Shown here one piece after another: positions 56,921 to 64,000 of a stretch of DNA of 64,000 nucleotides. Position 1 is the stretch's first letter; every line of letters begins with the position of its first letter. The stretch comes from Stylophora pistillata (lineage: Eukaryota): the NCBI RefSeq assembly GCF_002571385.2, contig NW_019217889.1, positions 260,744-324,743 on the forward strand, given 5' to 3'. The notes under the pieces are model-generated. The model was not told the DNA's origin, did not search any database, and saw only the letters and a program-made list of their open reading frames with translations. Both the position numbers and the translations under genes were made by a program.

Positions 56921-58485
56921 CAATTAACGTCGCACTGTACCAGTTGATAATTTCGATTTTAACTCAACAATTTTGGTTGTTAGGAACCCGTTGTGCATGA
57001 GATAAGTGCATAGCTGGGTGTGTGCGGCTTCTTCTTTCATATTGCTTATCGTTGGCGAGACGGTAATAGGCCTGTTATTGTTTGCGTCGCAACACCACTT
57101 TCGCAAAGAGGAGAAAAAGTGCGAATTACAGGAAAACAAACAAGTGAATAAAAACAAACAATTGAAAACAAACAATTGAATAATCTAGTAAGACTGTTGC
57201 TAGTCAAGGAGGCTGTGTTTTTCATAGGCGCGCAATCATGTCAGCTAGGTTATGAGTTTTTTTATTTGAGTATACACGAAATGCCTCTAAGAGTTAAGTA
57301 TTTGCGTTAGCTTAGGCCCAGTAGTTTAAAAGAAGTCATGCAGAATGTGATTGTCTTTTTGTCGAACACCGTGGGTTTCTCTTCAGGAAGTGGGATTAGT
57401 TTTTACATGTATGATGTTATGTCAATAACAGTCACATTGGCCTTGGGATGTAACCTGATATCGCTAACAACTCTGTAAAAACGTCTCATGCATGTAACCG
57501 AGAAATTTATCGCATGGACTGAAGAAAACAGAAAAGGCGCATGCAGAGTAAGTTTAAAGGTAGCGGTGCTTTCAATAGAACTCATGCGAAATAGCATTTT
57601 GTACGGTTAGTCCATTTTAGGGTTGTCCATTTGGATAGTCCGTTGGGGCAGTCCATGGACTGGGGGCCAGCTTTTTGTCCCTCACCCGCTTTTTTCCCTT
57701 AGTTATGACTACCTTCTGGTATATAACTTTGGCAGAGAACAAACACACTTAATGCTTTGTGTTGTTTATGAACTCTTGTGTAACATGTCTAATGCGCGCA
57801 CCGAAACTTATGTGCGTCAACACTTTTTCCTGCTTTAAGCTAAGGCGCACTAAATGCAAGAGCTGAACAAAGGAACGTCTCGATTTTGAAACCAAATACA
57901 TTTCGGCATCCGTCAGTTATGGGGTCGTAATGACATCCACAAAAATTGCAATCTGATTACTATTTTTTTTATTTGGAACTGATATAGACGCAGAGAGAGG
58001 GTTGAGCCAACCCCATACCTTTAAAAACAGTACCTTTACTGGCAGACCCCTATATCAAAGAAAATCTTTCAGATCAGAGGAAAAGAGAAGAGCTGCACTG
58101 GGTGAGGTGAGTCCACTTTCATAGAAAGTGCATGTTCCATGTGGTAGAGGTGTCCCTCAATGAAGGCAATAGGCACAAAAGTTCCTTGGGCATTTTCTTC
58201 TCTTGGATGAAAGTTGTTATCCCTGGAATAGACAAGCCGGCTGTAGGCGGTTCAGAAGAGGGGACCAACTTTGATTTGAAAATGGACACTGAGGATCATG
58301 GTTTCCTTGTAAGCCCATACCTCAGTATGCTCACCTTACAGTCTCATGTATCGATTCAACTCAATCGGAATCATACCCCCAAAATACGTTAGCACTGCGT
58401 AGCTGTAATAAAATGTGACATGGTTAGATGCTATTCTTGTTTAAAGATTTAATGAATGTAACCGGGGGAAATTACAATTCATCGA

Positions 58486-59270
58486 CCCAACGTTGCGACA
58501 CTCCTATTTAGTGCATTCATCAGGGGTGATCTGATCGTTGCAACAAGAGGCCCTTTAATATGCTCACTAATTAGCTGCCCTTCTTTTCTGACGAGGTGTA
58601 AGTAGGCGTCAGGCAGTAAGCCGCCATCATCACGATTTAAAGCAGCGTGGGCGCGGTTGATATGTTAAGCTTCCAAACAAGGGCGCTGATGCTAGCGGTG
58701 GTTAGTGGTGATGATTTTAGAATTATCCCACCAAATTGTATGGTTAGTTACTCATGTTTGCTCCGATAAAGCTGAATTTTCTTTTTTGCAAAAGAAGACA
58801 GGTTTTTGATGCTCTTTTAAACGTGTACCAAACTGTTCGTCTGTATTGGTCTGTCCGATATACTCGTGATTGCAGTCATTGCATGGAATAGAATAATTAG
58901 CTTCGGTTCGTTGTTCTTTCGTAACAGGATCCTTAGGTGCGCGAAAATATTTCCCAAGGTCTGAAAAGTTTTTCGAGCAACTTTAACATTGTGGCTATTC
59001 AAAATTCCCCTGATGGGCTCAGTAACACCCCGGATGTAAGGTATAACAGCAAAACCAGTCGCTGATTCCTTCTCGTCAGGAGTGTTACCAGTTGTTACTG
59101 GTTTCTAACAGTTACGGGGAATTGTTTTGGTATAGCCACCTGCCTTTAGGACTTCGGAAACATATTTTTCTCCTCAACCTTGGAATCAAGTGAAGACGGT
59201 AGACAGTCAGCCTCACTCACCCCTCCTGAGTAAGGTTTTGACTACGGAATTTTGATGGTAAATAGGGTGG
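58486..59270 (-). mobile_element. Penelope-like retroelement 3' remnant (GIY-YIG endonuclease)
   Basis: The minus strand reads EYIGQT...RLKEHQ and LEA*HINRAHAALNRDDGGLLPDAYLHL, followed by a degenerate CTGATGA hammerhead-like motif. Confidence 0.75.
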
Positions 59271-59676
59271 TGAGAGTCTAAAGCGAGATATTTGTCGGTG
59301 TGGGTCGTTTTACAATAAACACTAGTCTAAGTTCCCTTGTTCCCCTCTACGCACATTTAAATCAAGAAAGGGCAAGTGTCTATCCTTTTTACGCTCAAGG
59401 GTGAATTGGATAGACGGTTCCACTGAATTCAAATGCGATAGGAGGCGTTCTGGATACGCTGAAATGGCATCATCACCTTATCGTTTCCAGAACAAGGGTG
59501 TAACCTGTAAAGTGGCTAAAGCCCTTTGTTCTACATCTTCTATTACCATATTGGCGATGACAGCAGAGACGGGCGAACCAAAGAAAATATATTTATATTC
59601 AATGATTGCTATGGCTCATAAGGTTAGAAGTGCCCACCTCCTTAAAAATCATCCAGAACTTTTCACGTTTTGACAG

Positions 59677-62600
59677 TTTCAAAATCAAGACACTCATCAA
59701 AACAACAGGAGACAGCGAGACGACGCTTCAAGAGAACCTCCCTCTCCTCAAGAGCCTACCTCTGTGACATCAGCCCAGTATGGATCACCCATTCCCGAGC
59801 AATGCACAATCGAAGTAACCGGTTTGCCAGAAGATGCATCTGAGGATTTGGTGACAATCTACTTCGAAAACACCAGACGTTCTAAGGGGGGTCCTGTGTC
59901 TTCCGTAGTCATGACACCCGAACTTCGGAAGTGCCTGGTCACCTTTGAATCTCCTGATGGTAAGAATGAATGATGATAAATCATTACATTATTATATGTT
60001 TTGGTTTATTCTTAAAACGTTTTGGTAACGGTTTAAACCTTTTTTAGATGCAGAGCGGACGATAAGTTATTCATCTCATGTTTTGAGCGGAGCAAGTATA
60101 CAAGTCTCACTGTTTGAAGAGGAGGAGGAAAGTGCCGTCGATTCCGGTGAAAACGGAGAAGACGAAGAGGAGGAAGACGGCATCACCATTATTGTCAGCG
60201 GCATCATGCCCTCCACCTCAGAGGATGCAGTGATCTTCTACTTTGAGAATTCTAGACGATCAGGAGGAGGCGATGTCTCCGAGATCCATTTCAACGAAAA
60301 AGGGGAAGCGATCATAACTTTTTCTGAGGTTAAAGGTAAACGACACTTTCTTTGAAAAGTCTCCAATTTGACAGATTTATTGATAAGTTCAGGTCTTTCT
60401 TGAGAAAAGGAAGTCAAGTTCAAATGATGCATATGATAAAATGTCAAGTAAACGTTCTTAAGCGTAATCGCTGTCTCTGAATATTTTGATTACATTAATA
60501 TTTTTAACTTTGATATTTATTACAGACCTGCAGCGCCTTCTCGAGGAGTCACACAAAATTTACGGCCAAATGATAACAGTGGTAAGACAGCCTCCTTCGA
60601 AAAAAGTGCCGCTTGATCCATTAAGAGTTCATGTTCAAGGAATCAGCGAAACGACCACCATAGATTGTTTGACCTGTTATCTGGAAAAGTTTGTTGATGT
60701 TGAGGTTGAAAATGTGTATCTTGGTGCAAAGAATAATGCCCTGGCAGTTTTTGAAAGTGAACCAGGTAATTTTATGACTACAAAGGTTTAGTTTATAGTA
60801 CTTGAATTAGATGACATTTTCATGGCTATCTTGTTTTTGAAGTCGATTCATATGCAAAAAAAAGTGGTTAGTAGTATGAGTATAAAAGAAAAATAAAAGA
60901 AGCAACATGAATGAACAATCAGTTACAACTCGAAATTTAGAGTGTAATAATGACTTTAGAGTGTTGTTACGGCTTAGTCAATCATTTTCAAACATCCTTA
61001 ACCCTTTTTTCGAAACGTTGTCATACTTGTATAATTATACTTGTACTTAGGACGATACTTTTCTTCGCCACTTGCACCAAGTCCTTGTTCTGGTCAATAC
61101 ATCTATCTAAAGTTGCACGTTACATAAGGAAACACCGATCTTCACATTTTGTGTGTTGTGTTAACCAAAATCTTTACACCGCTAATTACACGAGTGGCAA
61201 TATCACTGTTCTGCACGGATTATCTATTTCAGACTTTGAATCACTCTTGCATAAAGTTAACAAAGATAAAAAAGGCTTGGAGGGAAAGAAACCGCGCCTG
61301 GAAAGAGTAGCAGTCTGTTCATGTATTCTGGTCACGGGACTGAAGAAAGAGTCAACCGATCACACCATTGAGCTTTATTTTGACAATGAAAAACGAAGTG
61401 GTGGGAAGGATGTCTACAGAGTGGAAAGGATTAGGAAAGACCAGGCCTTAGTCTATTTCGAGGATCATACAAGTAAGAAATATGTATTGGTGTATTAAAA
61501 AGTCTCTCTGTTTTCTTTTTTCTGCGTGTTGTTTTCCTATTGCTATCACATTTTAACATTGGGGTTTTGCTACGAACTTTTCAGTTTATCTAAAACATTG
61601 TGTTTAAGGAAAACTCAAAGCCACTGTTTAGTAGATTCCTTCGGGATACTCTCATGTGATAGCTGATTTATCACTTGGAGAGGGAGGGGAGAGGTGGGAT
61701 TGGAGAATTTCAGTGATTTCAAAATGAGATGTATCTGAACCCCCCCCCACCAACCCCATTGAGCTCTGCAGTATTCTCATAATCCTCCAAAGGTAAGCTA
61801 TGATTTTCATGATCCCACTTCCATGGTATTGACGTGCAGATACCAATCTTAAACTGACCTAACCCCCGAGACTCCCCCTCTCAGCTTTTTTTTAAATGAG
61901 GCAAGAGGATTTTATCTGGGTAACTGTTCACTCCTGTAGCTGTTCATTTCTCTTGGAGGTATATTTGTTGTGAATCTGGTGAAAATCAGCCAGTAGATAT
62001 GGGAGATATTAAATAACAAGTTGGTTATGGTTTAAAGGTTTGACATAATGTAATATGAATTGGTAATACCTTGATTTCGAGTGCAATTTGGTGTTGATGA
62101 GCATGAGTATATTTTTCAAAGAAAACAAAATAAGGAATGCTAAGAACTAACCATAGCAAGGGTGTGAGGTTGGAAAGAAAGCGTACTTTTGGTAAACTGC
62201 TCTCTACAAGACTGATTACCCTACTGAATAGGATGTTGTATAGTGCAGGCTTTGTTTTTTGTATGGCACCACTTTGTCTGTTTGTTTGTCTGTTGATTGA
62301 CAATACTCAAATAATACTGAAGAGTGTCTTTCACTCAGGAGTTCATGATGTCATTGCAAGAAGCCAGAGACAGGCCAACGCCCTTGACGGCGCTATCTTG
62401 GAAGTGACGCCGTACTACCCTTTCCTGGGAAACGGAGATGACGTTCAATCTAGAAGTTGATACCATGAATACATTAATCCCGGTTTATCCCAAGGTAAAC
62501 TGCTACTTGAGGAGCGCAGAGTGGCTGAATTCCTACATGGCTCGATAGTCACGATTTCACCCTCGGGAAGGGACCCTTCATCAGAAGAACGAACTGAGAA

Positions 62601-62763
62601 GTTCAAGAGTTTCCTGCCTATCCCTAGGAAGTGTGATGTTTCTGTTCCTCCCGAAATATTTGTCGAGATCTCAAAGCCCTGGCAAGAACTAACTTTCGAG
62701 AAAGAAAAAGCAAATGGTCAGGTATCGTATGACCATAGAAGGTTGGGCTTCAAAACATTTTAG
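59677..62763 (+). pseudogene. PARP14/PARP10-like N-terminal multi-RRM gene, apparently truncated or pseudogenised
   Basis: Exons 59677-59959, 60048-60335, 60526-60765, 61233-61472 and 62339 onward, with repeated YF(E/D)NxxRSxGG RRM motifs and consistent phase-1 junctions. In-frame TGA at 62458-62460, then disrupted frames. A possible first exon is 59464-59622. Confidence 0.7.
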
Positions 62764-64000
62764 AACACTTAGAACACAAAGCGCAAAAGCTGCAATACTT
62801 GAATCTTAAAGTTGAGGACAACTCAGAACTGGTAAGCCAGGTTTGCAGCTTAACTGGTCAGAACAAGGTAGTTAAAAGCCAAAATTATTTTGTTGGAGAT
62901 TTCTGGAAAGAAAAGAACATTCTCCCAAAAGCAGGATTTGTCCTCAAGAGCTCAGAGCTTCAACCCTTTGCATGGCTCTGTTTGCTTTCCGTCAGTTGTT
63001 TTTCCTCTTTCTTTACACGAGAACTTTTTTGGCAGCCGAAGTCGTGAAGCTATTTTGATAAAATTGAGGCACGAGTTAAGACTGTGACGACCCAAAAATG
63101 TCATAATTTGAGGAGGATATTTTACGTCGATCAATTTGAAGTTTCAACGACCTCCTACCCCTCCCCTCCCCCGACAACCGCCTGGTATCCCGTGGGCAAC
63201 CTTTCGGACATTTGAACTTTGAAGATTGGCTCTTTAAAATTCCCCTCCCCCTTTCTGGGCCAAAATTGCGTTCAATGCCCCACCCAATATTGGATGATTC
63301 TTTAGCTTCTGTTGGGTTTTTTGCTTTTAAGTCTACGAAGTGAAAGTAGTATTTAAGGCCAGTTGCTTAAGAATGCATACTCCTCAACCTTCAAACACCT
63401 CCATCTAAAAACGTGTATTATCCTTTAAAAACTTGACTCTTCAGGTTCAAATGCCCCACCACACTCAAGAAACGTTGAAATTCCCTCCCCCGATCAAATG
63501 ACCGTGGGTTGCCCAGGAGCGTGAAGAAGCTTGGAATTGCGCAGTGCATTAATTTGATTTCTTTATTCTGAAGATCGGCTGTCGAAAAAACCGTACGAAA
63601 GATGATCGGACCGAGCGTAACTCAATATTGTGACGAGACAGTTTGAACTTACGTGGAAAAGAATGAACTAGATAGAGCCCTCCCGCCGAATAGACACTAC
63701 TTTCCTAAGATTACTCATAAACTTTTTTTAACCAGTTCAAGCAACTGCTTTAAGTGTCAATCGTGGGAGACAAAAGCCATCAGTCATTCTTTAGTGAGTT
63801 AAGTTAGAAAATACACGCTATTATCCTTTTCTTAAACGAAATAAAAATCCAGTTCGACACTTTGGCACCTTGTTTTAAGATTCATCAGTTATTATCATTT
63901 TCACTCTCGCCACGATTTCCTTGGCCACCTGCTTCGAAATTTTCTGAAATTAGAGAAGGAAAAAACAGTCATGATGGACAGGGCAGACATGCCTATGGTC

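Noticed and set aside
58073-58106. Possible phase-1 micro-exon downstream of the 54-kb TRIM (ttcag|AT...GAG|gtgagt)
   Set aside because: The splice signals look plausible, but there is no homology and no compatible next exon was identified.

Overview
This is intron-rich, AT-rich animal genomic DNA, probably a cnidarian such as a stony coral (inferred from gene content and repeat families), with five assembly gaps. The window is a birth-and-death cluster of ADP-ribosylation and ubiquitin innate-immunity genes. (1) Two divergently transcribed DTX3L-like E3 ligases carry a built-in macrodomain (RRM-KH-Macro-RING-DTC) and share a 462-bp intergenic region with two perfect, mutually inverted STAT/GAS sites plus IRF/ISRE-like motifs. 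(2) A splice-phase-consistent, fully open 927-aa chimera can be built from a TRIM exon (RING, two B-boxes, coiled coil, filamin), a 70-nt exon recycled from the KH exon, and Macro-RING-DTC exons, giving a two-RING TRIM-Macro-Deltex protein. (3) A decayed TRIM-PARP fusion lies head-to-head with that chimera. (4) The rest comprises another TRIM-filamin exon, a PARP14/PARP10-like multi-RRM gene or pseudogene, several pseudogene fragments, and a near-identical 6.7-kb repeat that may be partly an assembly artefact. Interspersed are tRNA-derived SINEs, TIR elements, and Penelope-like retroelement remnants with hammerhead-ribozyme-like motifs. All gene models were built by hand from ORFs, GT-AG sites and phases; none has expression support here.
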